DNA from: Octopus vulgaris
Lineage: Eukaryota
NCBI GenBank assembly: GCA_951406725.2
Contig: OX597823.1
Location: 42,470,001-42,534,000, forward strand
DNA: 64,000 nucleotides
Direction of reading: 5' to 3'
Positions within the stretch are counted from its first letter, which is position 1; each line of letters starts with the position of its first letter. The notes under the pieces are model-generated. The model was not told where the DNA came from. It saw only the letters and a program-made list of their open reading frames with translations, and searched no databases. Positions 50,099-64,000 of the stretch are shown here, piece after piece. The position numbers and the translations under genes are program-made.

Positions 50099-51094
50099 CT
50101 TTCTATATATATATCCATTCTATATACTATATATCTCCATGTACATATATTATATATATATATATATATCATATATCCATCTGTGTATCATAGTTAATGC
50201 AAATACATGGCAAAAAGACATATTAACTTCAGTATTTATCCCTTATGGACGTACTGTGCTGAAAAATAGGAATATATTTCAATAGTAAGCAAAAAGTAAC
50301 CAGCAGCAGTAGTGACAATGTTAGATGTGCATTTATGTCTTTTTGAGCTTTGTCAGTAGCATGTACTTACTGTCAAGCATATGATAAGACAAAATCAGTT
50401 GCTACCAACATAAATAAACAGATGGAAATGTTGACAGTGACTTTGAAATTTCAGCTTGCTTGTCTTCATCAGACTACTTTACTTTGGGTTTCTTCTTTTG
50501 GTTTATAAAATTTTAGGCCTGCTAATTTTTTCTTCTTTTTTTTTTGTATCTGTTGGTGGAGTCATGTGAATGAGATTTTTGTGTGATGTAGGTAGACAGG
50601 ATAAGTAGTTGTGTTGGAAAAAGGAAGCAGAGAAGTATTGCAAAGTATGTGTTTGTAGAGTGTAGGTTGATAGAGAGAGATGGTGAAGGGATTTGCTTTT
50701 GTTTGATGTAGGAATTTTGTCATTGCTTAGGGTATGCATGTGTATATGGAGGGATCTCCCTTACTTCAGAGGACGAATTATTGTTTGATTAACTGAATTA
50801 CCTGCTCTTGAATTAAGGATTAAATAGTTGAAAAATGTAAATCCCAAACAAAATAAGTGTGAGACAGTATGATAAAGTTGTACCTTTGAATTATTGACAA
50901 ACACAATCTGGAGAGTTTCTTCACACTTTACATTATTCCAATTTCTCTTGGATGTCATAAGTCAACACAATGGTATAGAAAATGACATTTTCCTGAATTG
51001 CTGGGCAGTCAGATCAAGCCCGAGACAATTTGGTTGTGATGTGAACTTCATAAGCATCAGCCACAGTCTAATGATTGAAACAAATTTTAGATAG

Positions 51095-51433
51095 TGTAAC
51101 TGGCACTTCGTTGGTTACAACGATGAGGGATCCAGCTGATCAAATCAACGGAACAGCCTGCTCGTGAAATTAACTTGCAAAATGGCTGATCATTCTACAG
51201 ACACGAGCACCCTTTACGGAGATTCAGCATCACACAGCATCAAGGAGATTCAGCATCACACAGAATGTGACATCACTAACCCTTTGAAATAAAGATAGTA
51301 CTCGTTTTTTGCCCGCAGAGTGAACTGGACCAGCATGAAATAAAGTGTCTTGCTTAAGGCACCGCCGGAAATTGAACTCATGGCCTTACGATTGTGAACC
51401 GAATACCCTAACCACTAAGCCACGTGCCTTCAC
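51095..51433 (-). mobile_element. CORE-like tRNA SINE (family D)
   Basis: Minus head tgaaggcacgtggcttagtggttagggtattcggttcacaatcg..gagttcaatttcc. Confidence 0.8.
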
Positions 51434-52247
51434 TAATAGATAATATAGATATTATCTCTTCTTGGGATAGAGAGATTGTCTTGTATCCTGCAAGCTTGAA
51501 AGGTAGCAAGTGATGGATAGTTGTAGAGGTGGATAACGTTTACCAACAAGGACGTGTGTCAGTCATGAATGACCTATGGAAAGGCATGAATGGGTAACCA
51601 TACAGAAGTGGGATAAGACATTCACTTTTATTTGTAACATTTGTTTCACAGGCATTGTGCTGGGAAAACGAAGTCAAGTGATAAGAATGTGGGGGTGTAT
51701 AGGAAGAAATCTAATTTTTATTCCGTGTTTTATGGATAGCATGGCATGGTGAATATAGAAGAGAGCGAATAATAGGCTCGTCTATGACTTATGTAACATT
51801 GGGTCTATAAATACTCGAAGTATTTCTCTTCATTGCATTGATTTACGCCGAGATATCATCATCATCGTTTAAGGTATATACACATATACATGTGTATATA
51901 TAATTGTTTTTGGCTTCCTATGATCTTGCAAGCTGACAAACTCCCTCTAAATCTAGTTAGTTCTTGACTGTTCATATTGTGTCTCTTTGTAAGGAATTCT
52001 TTTGTGCAAATAGTCCAAAAATCAAATTTCCGATAATGTTGCATAATTCAGCCCCACCATACACTTTCATGGAAAAAAAAAATTCAACTCCTTTTCTTTT
52101 ACTCAGAAAAACAAAACAAACAAGAAAATTCCTTGAGCATATAATTATCTTGATGCGAGTTCATTGAATGAAGCGATAGCACTGCCGAAGGCTACAACAT
52201 TGAAAAGCAGTGGTTTAGTTATGGAAGAACAACATTGTATAATATCT

Positions 52248-52402
52248 TGGCTGTGTGGTAAGTAGCTTGCTAACCAACCACATGGTTCCGGGTTCAGTTC
52301 CACTGCGTGGCATCTTGGGCAAGTGTCTTCTGCTATAGCCCCAGGCCGACCAATGCCTTGTGAGTGGATTTGGTAGACGTAAACTGAAAGAAGCCTGTCG
52401 TA

Positions 52403-52473
<71 letters not shown>

Positions 52474-52685
52474 TTGTGTGTCTGTGTTTGTCCCCCTAGC
52501 ATTGCTTGACAACCAATGCTGGTGTGTTTACATCCCCGTTACTTAGCGGTTCGGCAAAAGAGACCGATAGAATAAGTACTGGGCTTACAAAGAATAAGTC
52601 CCAGGGTCGATTTGCTCGACTAAAGGCGGTGCTCCAGCATGGCCACAGTCAAATGACTGAAACAAGTAAAATAATAAAAGAGTAA
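52248..52685 (+). mobile_element. Young family B SINE
   Basis: Close match to the reverse complement of 39975-40368. Confidence 0.88.
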
Positions 52686-53759
52686 ACTGAGTACATGTAC
52701 AGTACTATTTGTACTCAGTACTAGTAAAAAAAATTCTATAACAGATATAATGTTGTTCTAAGGACATACAATTGTTACATAATTGCAATAATACAATAAT
52801 TTCCATTCTAAGTGTAACAGAATCCTTGATATGCTTTCTAACGATTGCTAATTTGGTTTCAGCAGTGTTAATTATCCTGCATTGAAGATTAGAAGAAAAT
52901 TAGCTTTGTAGTCTTCAAGAGTAATATATGGTGTGTGTAGGGTTAATGATTTTACTCTCTCGTTATTAAGAGTAGTGGTGTTCCCTTTAGCTAATACGTT
53001 TGTGGAGTTGTATGCATTTGTGTCAGAATATTTTAATTATAAATCTTCCAAGATAACAGTTTATGTTAAGTTTATGCATTTTGGCAATTCCATAAAATAA
53101 GCTTTTTATTAAATAAAATCACTCATAGAACACACGCTGACAAATACCCATTACCTCTTTTGCTCTAGTTTGTGTTGCATATTGTGATTAACAAGTGATT
53201 CCTTGAGCAAATCACACTAATTAAATGAAATGTACGAGTTACTGGGACCCTGTCGACATTCTGCAAGATATTTGTTTTGTAACATACCTCAAAACATCTA
53301 ATCAACTAATCATTTTTTTAAGGGGGGTGAATAATTGGATCACCATGACACCATATTTGTTTTCATTCTTGTTGTTTGTGCTGTGAGATTTTTCATTGAA
53401 AGATTTTAGCAAAATCTTTTACAGATAGAAATTGTAGTCTTAAATGTTATTCTTGTTATGGTCAAAGCTATTTTAATCTTCTCTTCCGCATTCTCATCCT
53501 CCTCCACTTCCGCCTCCTCCTCAACCTCCTCCCCAACCTCCTCCTCCTCCTCCTCCTCTCATCGTCTTCCTCCTCCACCTCTCATCGTCTTCCCCCCTCC
53601 TCCTCTCATCGTCTTCCTCCTCCTTCTCTCATCGTCTTCCTTCTCCTCTCCTCTTCATCTTCCTCCTTCCCCCTCCTCCCCTCCACCTCCTCTCATCGTC
53701 TTCCTCCTTCCCCTCCCCCCTCATCATCATTACTATTATTCCTTCGTAACACAGTATAG

Positions 53760-53997
53760 GTAAAAATGCAACGGATCCTTAGTCATCTGTCAAGTCACAA
53801 CAAGGACTTCAGACAGATAGTACTTACCTTAAGATGTGCACTGTGCCCACTAAGGCTGCTTTTTGCAAGATATCAATCTTGCATAGGCTTTCCAGTTGCG
53901 TTTAGAAGTTTTGAAGTTTCAATGGGTTTCAGCCCAGTGCTCCGATCACCACTGGTATCACTTTTACATTGCCCTCTCGCATTCTATACAGTCTTGC

Positions 53998-53998
<1 letters not shown>
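53760..53998 (-). mobile_element. R4/Dong-like LINE 3' end
   Basis: Minus VIPVVIGALG..DILQKAALVGTVHILR*VLSV*; abuts (TTA)n. Confidence 0.75.
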
Positions 53999-54067
<69 letters not shown>

Positions 54068-54073
<6 letters not shown>

Positions 54074-54309
54074 TAGTTTTATTTTTTATAGCGTGCTTTC
54101 ACTTCACTACCGAGCGCAGCTCTGTGTGCCTTGGGTATGTGCTGTGATTTGTTGTGATGCTCTGATGGTTATTGTATGGAAAGTGTTCGGCGTAGGATGT
54201 GTGCAGTGCCTAGTAGTGCAATTTTCTGTATGTTATATGTGTTTGTAAGTCCTGGTGTTTTTGTTATGAGTACTTTTTTATCATGCCTAATGCACCTACT
54301 ATGATAGGA

Positions 54310-54310
<1 letters not shown>
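54068..54310 (-). mobile_element. R4/Dong-like LINE 3' end, second subfamily; short 3' UTR copy at 57462-57535
   Basis: Minus PIIVGALGMIKK..TKTPGLTNTYNIQKIALLGTAHILRRTLSIQ*; (TTA)n on both sides. Confidence 0.8.
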
Positions 54311-54374
<64 letters not shown>

Positions 54375-54375
<1 letters not shown>

Positions 54376-54925
54376 GAGTGAGAGAGCAGTGCATGTCATC
54401 AAAGTGACACAGGGGTAAAATATACGAAGCCCAGTATACCCATCATGACTACCCGTCTGGTAAGGGTACACCAGGCAAATGAACCATAAGTGCGCGACAT
54501 AATGATCTCATATCAAGATAAACAGCGCATGACCTTGCAGGTGGGACCCAGTTAGAATTTTCTTCTAGTTGAGTAGCCCATCCCGCTCAAAAGGTCCCTG
54601 AATAAGGATTGTTTAAGGATGTTGAACGAAACACCCATGTTTCCAAAGGTGAATTATCCAAACCTCAAAGAATTCCTTTCAACACGCCACTATGATGCTC
54701 CCCCACTATTTCTGCTCATGATCAGAGATGCACATATCGTCAGCCACTAAGAGACATGCTCAACTGGTTAAAGTCAAACAACTGACAAGTAAATCTGTGG
54801 TATTGAGCAGAATATTTGCTGTAGCCCATATTTTATACCAAGACAGAGCAACGTACATGATAACACTTCCAATCAGTTAAGATCAGAAGCCATGACAGCC
54901 ACTGTCTAGTACTGCATCAAGGCAA
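54375..54925. mobile_element. Family E non-coding element in (TTA)n
   Basis: Inverted match to 23366-23872. Confidence 0.75.
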
Positions 54926-54974
54926 TTATTATTATTATCATCATCATCATCATCATCATCATCATAATTATTAT

Positions 54975-55660
54975 CGCTTTATCATGGGTTTTATTGGAGC
55001 TCCTGGATGGAGTCTATCATACGTAGCGAGTTGACTACCTGCAGCCTACGGTACCATACCATTCGTTCTTTTCAGCTATCTAATACTTACCTGATTATTC
55101 TGGCCATGCCAAGGAGGCAAACATTTTGTAACAGTTCTATGAGGAATTATGTTCCAATTTCCTTTATATTCCTCTTGATGCCTCCTAATACTGTTCTCAA
55201 GGACCCAACAATAATTGGCACTGTTTTCACCTTCATTTTTGCTAGCTGGACTATTTCGTACTTAGAGGGTTGTATCAATCTATCTATCTTTTCGCCTTCT
55301 TTCTTGACTATTTGTAGGTCAAAGGGGCATGCAACATCAACTATATAGCATATGTGGTGCACCTTGTTCACCACCATTAGGTCCGGCCTGTTATACTCTA
55401 GCACGTGATGTGTTTAGATTGGGAAATCCCAGACTATTTTGCTCGCCTCCAACTCCACCTCTCTTTGCATATTGTACTCATACCACGTCTTGCCTCTCTA
55501 GCGTCCCCCCCCACTTTTGCAGTTTTCCGTGTAGCACTTTCACTACTTGTAATGGTTTTGGACAAATCTAGGGCATTCGTTCGTGATATGGGCAATGATT
55601 TCATTCACACTATTGCAAAGCAAGCTTCTGAAATTATGGTTACGTTTCTGGAAAACATTC
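54975..55660 (-). mobile_element. R4-like LINE fragment: CCHC finger plus restriction-like endonuclease
   Basis: Minus LCNSVNEIIAHITNECPRFVQNHYK, KIVWDFPI, LEYNRPDLMVVNK..IVDVACPFD..EKI, VPIIVGSL. Confidence 0.85.
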
Positions 55661-56386
55661 TGTAAGTAAAAAAAAAAAGAAAAGAGAATGTTACCTGGGC
55701 TTTGTGTGAAGTTTCCATTCTGCCGTCATGTACAAATACATATACATACAATAACTAATGGTTCATCGAATAGCTAGAAGGCTTTATGCTACAATAATCT
55801 AGATCGGTAGTGATTGAAGAGAATGTTATGCTAGGTATGTGTACAGCACATCATAACAAGGAGACCTGAGTCTGGAAGAGTGACAACAATATTAGACTGA
55901 GATTAATTGTTCCTTCAGAACATTCTGTGAACATATCATATTATTAAGATTGCAGATTTTCAATTATTAGACTAGTGTTATGGAAATATGATGATAAATG
56001 AAAGTGTGTTGAGCTACTAATATATAAGAGTTAGCAGAGGTGATGTCCACATGAACACGAACACTGATAGTCGAAGGAGTTGTCTTTGTTAACAAATTTA
56101 GGCTATAACCAGAACAAAGGGAATACCACAAGAAATTGGTTGGTTATAGTTGGTTAGGTATAACTAGTTAGTTGACTGTAGTCAATGTAGGGTTATTTAA
56201 GTAAAAGTAATAAAGACTTAAACTACAATGGTTATAATTGCTTTAAGATGTGCTTTCGGTTATCAATAGAGAGGAATAAGTAAATATGGAGATGGAACCA
56301 AATCATAGGAAATGAAGAGAAATATCTGGTTAGGTGAGAAATAAATAATAAACAGAATATTTCCAAAGAATATTAAAATCAAGAAC

Positions 56387-56450
<64 letters not shown>

Positions 56451-56744
56451 GTCTTTATTTCAAAGGGAAGTAAGGGCTAGTTGCCCTCATAGTGAAAATG
56501 AAATAAAATTACATGCCAAGTGTGATGTATTAGTAAATTTTAGTAGCATGTTCTCCACTATTTGTGATTGTTCTGCATCTAGCTGCAACCCTCTACCATT
56601 TGGGCAATGCAGGGGATTGAAGTTCCACTTTGGCATTCTATGGAGAATTAGTGAGGGCAAAAGTGTGCTTCTATGAAAATCAACTGACTGCTGTTTCGGA
56701 GGACTTTCGGGACACCTACCTGAAAAACTCTGAGGACTGGAGGT

Positions 56745-57082
56745 TAAAACTTGTTTCAAAGAAGGAAAACAAGAAAGCATCATACTCAGTAACAAAACAG
56801 GCAAAAGTATATCTTACTGAATTCCAAATACAACAAATTCCAGAATTAGACGTACTAGAAACAAGCACAGAAAAAGCTAAGCGTATGAAAACCCGTGCTA
56901 AAACTGTTGCCTTAGATAATCTTACTGATAAATGGAAGAAAAACCTCACAATAACAAATATCCAAAAAGAGATAATAGTACCTACGTTGACAAAGCTTTT
57001 ACCCATCAATGGTTAGTGTCTTTTAGCTTAAGATCAGAAACAGAAGGGTTTATCATAGCGGCCTAAGATCAAACGCTTGCCT
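56745..57082 (+). mobile_element. R4/Dong-like LINE fragment (region downstream of RT)
   Basis: LTDKW..DKAFTHQWL..LRSETEGFIIAA*DQ. Confidence 0.75.
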
Positions 57083-57084
57083 AA

Positions 57085-57375
57085 ATGAAGTAGGGCAAGG
57101 GATGACAGGCGGTAATAGATGACCGAAACGATGTACGCATTCGCCACCTTCTCCCGACATTTCAGGGACAGTTTCCTCTCTGCTCATTTCTGGGTGAGAT
57201 TGGCTACCCTGCTAGTTACCTACTTCCTCCATTTCTTGTCCACCTGGAAGCACGGACTAAACCAGACCCCGAGCAATTTAACCGGTCCTTCAGTCCAGCG
57301 CCCTACAATGCTGTCGGTTGGCATTGACCTGCCTCTCTAGGTGCCGAGCTGCAGGTCCATCGACTTTTCCTGATT
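57085..57375 (-). mobile_element. Tx1/L1-like RT C-terminal fragment
   Basis: Minus GPVKLLGVWF..QKWAERKLSLKCREKVANAYIVSVIYYRL. Confidence 0.75.
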
Positions 57376-57402
57376 AATCTTAGCTCTAATAATAATACCC
57401 TC

Positions 57403-57433
<31 letters not shown>

Positions 57434-57532
57434 GATAATGATAATGATAATAATACTATTCAGTAGCTTTATTTTTATAGCGTGCTTTCACTTCACTACC
57501 GAGCGCAGCTCTGTGCCCTGGTATGTGTTGTG

Positions 57533-57635
<103 letters not shown>

Positions 57636-57748
57636 AACAATAATAATGATAATAATAATAATATTTTAAAATGACTGATGTCACTCTTCACAAAGGTGAA
57701 CAGACAAGAAGAATAGTGCAATGCGATTGAAATAGATATTTTATTGGC

Positions 57749-57789
57749 TGAACGATATATTGACCGCAAGCGTGTCTTTGTCGAGTTCA
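57749..57789 (-). ncRNA. Minimal hammerhead relic downstream of the GIY-YIG fragment
   Basis: Minus tgaac-TCGACAA-a-gac..gtc-AATA-ta-TC-gttca, then AATAAA. Stems I and II intact, core mutated. Confidence 0.45.
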
Positions 57790-57994
57790 AAATAAAAAAG
57801 TGATAAAAATTCAAAATTATGGAAATTCAAATCTAAAGTAAGAACGAGACCAACCACCGTCCACAGGTTGATAGAATGACATAACAAGTTTTTAAGTTTC
57901 AATTTTATAACTGGCGGAAAGAAAAAGACAGAAAGAGAGAGAGAGAGAGAGAAAAAAAAGGAAAGAAAAAAGAAAATGAAAAAGAAGAATATTT

Positions 57995-58510
57995 GATCAA
58001 ATAGTTATGTATAAGTTTGATGATATTCTCCCGTCATTTTATTCATTCCTCCGTGGTGTGATGTTAATAATCCGCAAACATATTTCTCCTCATGCATTTT
58101 TAGTATTGAAAATGAAGAGATTCAGAATATTATCTGAGAATATGCACTTTCGAGTCTTTTTCAAAATTGCAGCCATCTGTCGAACTACCGTTATTATGCC
58201 TGACATCATATATGTGCCCATTAAATCTTTTGTTGTGTTCCGTGCATTCTACTGCGTACACCAAATAGGAATCTCCACATGTCCCATCTTCTGTATAAAA
58301 CATAACATTTCTGCTATGATTCCTGGTGGAATTCACTTGACTCACGTTGTTGCACAATGAACAGCGTTTACCTCTCTTGCGGCTGTTTTTCAAGGTACAG
58401 CGTGCAAATACTCCAATGTTAGTTTTCTTGGAGTCAGAAATAGAGGTCAATAGTTCTCTTATATTGTTTTCCTGTCCAACACGAGTCTATGAATTCTTCG
58501 GGTTTAAATC
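57995..58510 (-). mobile_element. Penelope-like element 3' relic (Cys-rich linker plus GIY-YIG, YIG segment deleted)
   Basis: KRCSLC..GTCGDSYLVYAVECTEHN-KRFNGHIYD, then EEKYVCGLLTSHHGGMN. Confidence 0.7.
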
Positions 58511-59091
58511 ATATTCTTTTTTTTTTTTCTTCCGAAATTTCATCTAATAGTTTATGCATCGTCCTTGTTTGGACAGACAATTATCATAATACTTTTCTTT
58601 CATTTAGCCATATTTCAAATTACCACAGAAGAGTGCCAGCATAAATAAATGCAATTGGCAACCGAAGCAAATTTGTGGAGTGAATAAAATATTAGAAAAG
58701 CTTTTTTAAAAAAAGTCTAGTAAAAACCATTTCTAATAACAATGAAAAAAGAATCTGACACATATTTATAGAAACATAATGAAATTGTGGCAGAAAATGG
58801 TGACAATATTAACTTAAACATTCACAGCAAAACTGTAAATAAGAACATCAACGAAAATAACAAATAGAAAAGCACTAACACACATAAATACATACATACA
58901 TACATTCATGCATGCACGTATGTATACATGCATACATGCATACATACACATACATACATACATAAATACATACAAACATGCATGCACATATGAATACATG
59001 CATATTACATGCGTTCATACATACATGCTTACATGTACACATACATACACACACATACATACATACATACATACATACATACATACATACA

Positions 59092-59125
<34 letters not shown>

Positions 59126-59169
59126 CACACGCACAAATACATGTACTAACATTTACATACATATACTGA

Positions 59170-62100
59170 CACGCTTGATTTTGCCAAGTGTATATAGTCG
59201 AGTCTTCGGAAAAAGTAACCAGGAAAGCACAGAAAGGGCAGCAGCAGAACCAGAAACAGCTACAGCTGATCCCTGAGGCTACTTTTTCAACATCTGGAAA
59301 TAGAATAGAAAATTACCTCGTCATTTGTTTCCAGATGACCAGGCCAAATCCCAATTTCGTAGTAGTGACACCTCTCTTTTTGCGGGGATGTGGTAGCCGA
59401 AAGAGAAGTATCGGACCGTCACGAAAGGAAAGATAAATGTAGGTACGTACAACCAGATGTTTACGACACTAGAAGAAAGTTTTTTTCCATGAAGTCTCCC
59501 AGTCTTACGAAGAACCGAAATTACGAACTAAATTAACTTAACTTGGGTAACATAGACCAACAAATATACTGGCTGAAGAGAGATAGAATGCGAATATTGG
59601 AAGCAATAGCAGGGTAAGATTTTAGGGAAGCTCACAGCAGTAGTCCACAGACGTTTAAAAGATCATACGTCTGCGGCTGTTGCATTATTCAAGTCTCAAT
59701 TTGCCCCACCAAATGCTTATTCGGGCGTACCTATGTCCAAAGCAACGAGTGTCATGCGAGCTACACAGACAATCGTGCCTGCCTGCCACTTGTTGAAAAG
59801 CAGGAACAATTGTATAAATTGCACTGTAGTATAAATTTCATAATTGGATATCATAGCTCTCCATGGTCTTGTTGACAGAATTTTACGTAGCGAGAAAACA
59901 GAGCAATAAGCTAGTACAACAGCAACTACAAACACCACTCTCTCTTTCGCTACTGCCACCGAGTCCTTTTTTCAAAGCGTAAACGTTTCCGAGGAAGAAC
60001 TCAAAAAAGCAAGACAGTTGGCAGAACGAGATAGACAAACTGTCGAACTCAACACCTCGATCGACTCAATCCAGTGACATACCGTACTATTTGATTATAG
60101 TCGAGAAGCTGGGAAAGAGTCAATGGTGCAATATCCATAAAGCATTAAGTTCCATTTAGAACCTAAAAGAATATATCTAAAGAGTAAGGAGTTATAAAAT
60201 AGAGGAAATGAAATTTGAAACAGAGAAGGCCAAAACTCACTCTCTAAACCGCCTGAAATGTGAAAATTTCTTACTGCTGCAACAAGAGACTAGCAAGAAT
60301 CCACGTCCAGCAGGTGCCGTCAGAGATAACCAGCCTTGGCTAATTGCTGAAGTTGTGGTAGACATCGAGGAAAATACAAACATTATCGAAGTCTTCCAGA
60401 CCCCACCCCCAAGAAAAAGAGATCTTCCTAGAAAGGAGATAAAACTTTTCATCCAAATCAGTCAAAAAATGTGGAAGTCATCCCAGATCAGACATATGCC
60501 TCAGGTGGCATCATCATACCCATTAGAGTGAAAGAAAATGGGGTCAACTGTGACACCTGCCTTTCCACCACACACATAAGAGCACTCTGTTCAGCTTTGG
60601 ACAAGAAAGAGAAAAGACCCTCTCTTCTCCCAGCACCAAGAAATCCACCAACCACCACCACATTTCAAAAAGCAACATTATCCTCAACAACACGAGCTGC
60701 AACATCAACAAAAACAACAGAAAGACCAACTACAACAGCCGCTGAAAAACCAGTACCTCTTCCACCATAGCAACACGAAATTCTCCTAGTCACCCCTCAA
60801 CTCCAATACATAACAAGCCACTTTCCGATTCTCGACGGTCAGACATGACGTGCAGCAAGTATGATCAGGACTAAAAGAAAGAGAAGAGATTAAAAGAAAA
60901 ATAAATCATCAAAAGACAACGAACAAACATCATCCACACAGAAAGTGGAGAGAAAAATATAAAGGCCGCAAGTAAAAAAACACAGCAAGGAAACTATATA
61001 TCACCATCACTGCCACAAACATCTCAAACATCTCCTCAACGAACAACACCACGAACCCATCCCAACGCACATATGCAGTAACAAAGACAACAACAACAAC
61101 AACAACAGAACCAAACGCAAAGTAGAGAAAATACTACTACGTACTATAGGGCAATAAACACAAAAAAATGCATTATTCATGAAATAGATAAAAACACACA
61201 AACATCGCACAAACAGATTTTATAACATATACAATCCCCATATCTACATACATAAAAATCATTCTAACAACATATGACATTTACACACACCTAAAAACTA
61301 AATTCCCAAAGGCAATCGGTGACTTCCGAGGGAAGATCACGAAGCGAATACTTGGTGATATGTTGGTGAAAATACCCAACAAAATCGAAGAGACGGCCTA
61401 ATCGCTCAACCACACAAAACCATGTAAGTTTTCTTTCTCATTTTTCTTCTTATCCCAGTGACGTGGACTTGCTCAAAATATAGGTAAGTAGTGTGAATGC
61501 CCTGGACTCACCAGTTCAACGACTTCAGATCACTGAACATCGATGGGGTGACCATCGGCGAGATCAGAATTCCTGAACAACGATACTGCGAACCCATTTT
61601 CGGAGAATATGAGGTGTACACATCTGGGAGTAGGAGGCAGTGTCGCCGTGATGTTTCAGAAGATCCTGGATCTCGTGATACGGGCCATCTTCCTGGATCC
61701 AGAAAATAAGCTGGTGTTCTTGAACGTGACCGGCAGCAAAAGACATGCTTTCAAGTTAGGTGCCACTTGTGGTCCAACAAGGGAAGGACAGCCAGATTTC
61801 TTCCGGCGTCTCGAAACTTTCCTAGGAGCGTCTTTTATTTACTTTTTGTGGATGGTTAGGCGGCCAGGCAGTCAGACGTTTTCCAAAACTCTCTGTGTGG
61901 CGGCTTAGGCATGTCGTGGCCTCTGATGCACGGACACGCTCTCAGGTTGCCTTACTCATGTTGCTCCACCAGTAACGATTTCTGGACGGTGAGCGTGTGT
62001 AGGCTACATTTATGAGGCACGTCTTGCCGCAGATCGGCTCTTTGACGGAGTTGTAGTCTGAGATGAAGGATAGCCCAAGACTGGGTTTCTGCCACCTAGA

Positions 62101-63032
62101 ATGTCGTCCGGCTCTTGCAACCCTCTACCGATGGAGAAATGGGATCGGTGGATATTCCTCTTTAGCAATACATAGAGGATTAGTGACAGGAAGTGCGACG
62201 ACGTCTCCAGGAAAAACCCTGTTCCAGAAGACTTTCCAGTCGGAGTCTACTATGTATAATTTCCAAATGTCCTTGGCCTAGCAATACTACCGAGGGGCGC
62301 TTCTGGTCAACCTTACAGGCATGAATGCGCAGCCAAATGGCCTTAGTCCGAGATGCGCTTAAAGTGACGAAACCGTTCAACACGCACCCGTTCAGTGTCT
62401 GAGCATTGCTGATCTGTGGAGTTATGTCGAATAGCTGCCGTCTCATGTGGATGGATACGTCTATCGGCTAGGTCCATAGTGATGATTGCCTCGTCGCCCT
62501 CCCTTAATCGGGCAGGTAAGGCAGTTTTCCTTTGTCTGGTGGCAGTGGCGAATGAAGCTCTCTGGTGGACGAAGCTGAAAGGCATGACAGCAGAGACTTT
62601 CCGCTTTGGTATAGCCCTCATCGACTTTTTCAAGCCTTAGTGAGGGTGGAGAGGAAGGTGTTACCCACGAGTGAAATTTGAAAAAAATGGCAAGAGTGGA
62701 TGGTACAGCTGTAAGTATATAGGCCTGTGAGTCGGAGAAAAGTAAGTGTAGAGGACACTTGCTCTTGATGTTCCGGAACATCTTGGACGACGTGTTTCCT
62801 CGATTATCCCCCAAAAAACCTTTCAGCATAAAGTTGATCACATCACTATCGTCTTGTTTCTCTTTCTCTGCTTTTACTGTTGTACTCTATGTATACTACT
62901 CTTCTTTGTTTTGTTGTATATCGTGTATAGTTTCTGTTTAGCTTTCATCATTTCATTTTATGTAAACCCCTATACTTTTTTCTGTTTTTGTGCTGTCCTC
63001 TCCATCCTCTACCCTTGTAGCAAATAAAAGAA
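59170..63032 (+). mobile_element. Tx1/L1-like non-LTR retrotransposon, same family as 24850-27660, internally deleted
   Basis: ORF1 NCDTCLSTTHIRALC; APE PIFGEYEVY..GGSVAVMF..IFLDPENKLVFLNVTGSKRHAFKL..QPDFFRRLETFLG; C-terminal region 61840-62720; AATAAA at 63023 then (CAT)n. Confidence 0.85.
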
Positions 63033-63057
63033 ATCATCATCGCCATCATCATCATCG

Positions 63058-63088
<31 letters not shown>

Positions 63089-63499
63089 TATCATCCACCA
63101 CCACCACCACCACCACCATAGTTGTTGTTGCTGTTGTTCAAAGATAAATATTTACAAAGCCTGTCTTTGAATCAATAGGATATTACTTTCTGACAGTTTC
63201 TCCTCGTTAGGTGTGAATTTTTTCTAAAATTCGTACTTTTATTATATATTTTTATATATATTTTCTCATGTATATATATATATATTTTTGTAGCATAACA
63301 AAAGAGATGATCCCTATCACATTCAATAAGGAAAATCACACAGAGTTGCCTCTGCCCCCATCTCGCTGCTCCCAACCTCCCACATTACATTTCCCTTGTT
63401 CATGAAATACGCATAATCAATCAATTTGAAAACATAATCAAAATCATAAGGCTTTATGCATTTATTTATCTATTTGTTTATTTATTTATTTATTCATTC

Positions 63500-63533
63500 G
63501 CGTGTGCGTGTGTATATATATGTATGTATATGT

Positions 63534-63566
<33 letters not shown>

Positions 63567-63568
63567 AA

Positions 63569-63626
<58 letters not shown>

Positions 63627-63773
63627 ATGTGTGTATGTATATTTTATGTATATATATATATATATGTATATGTATATATGTGTGCGTATATATATATATG
63701 TACACACATGCATACACATACATATACATATATGCATATATATTTGTATGTATGTATGTATATATATAGGTGC

Positions 63774-63829
<56 letters not shown>

Positions 63830-63865
63830 ATGTATGTATGTATATACATACATATATTATTATAC
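63500..63865. repeat. (TA)n/(CA)n/(TATG)n compound microsatellite
   Basis: Directly visible. Confidence 0.95.
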
Positions 63866-64000
63866 AATTTTCTATCATGACCACTGAACACAGCAGTTTC
63901 AAATAAACAAGTTACCTCCTGTATATGATAAATACTGTGACACCCTATCAAGAATTGAACCAGCACAATGTGTCTAACTGCGTTTTGCAAGTTTTTTTTA

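Noticed and set aside
50760-51094. Unique-looking short ORFs with possible splice donors
   Set aside because: No recognisable protein motif or consistent exon boundaries; cannot be supported without transcript data.
55572-55666. Plus-strand exon ending in a strong gtaagt donor (AFVRDMGNDFIHT...)
   Set aside because: The minus strand encodes the CCHC finger of the R4-like LINE, and the acceptor is weak.

Overview
AT-rich, microsatellite-saturated eukaryotic DNA. The repeat content (tRNA-derived SINEs in (AAT)n/(CAT)n/(TA)n arrays, RTE, Tx1/L1-like and R4/Dong-like LINE relics, a CsRn1-type Gypsy, a Helitron, mariner and maT relics) is typical of a coleoid cephalopod, probably Octopus (inference). 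I found no convincing host protein-coding gene; most ORFs in the track are microsatellite translations or decayed transposon frames. The main unexplained signal is a set of about 12 type I hammerhead-ribozyme (HHR) motifs, found by eye. One, at 37438-37528, is fully canonical. Most have a short palindromic stem III and several have a very long stem II. Most lie in short non-coding elements next to (TA)n tracts. Three of these elements are 450-690 bp fold-backs with one outward-pointing HHR per arm. Two HHR relics lie directly downstream of Penelope-like GIY-YIG fragments. Together this suggests a family of non-autonomous, Penelope-derived (retrozyme-like) ribozyme elements. Coordinates of decayed elements are approximate and no folding or database search was run.
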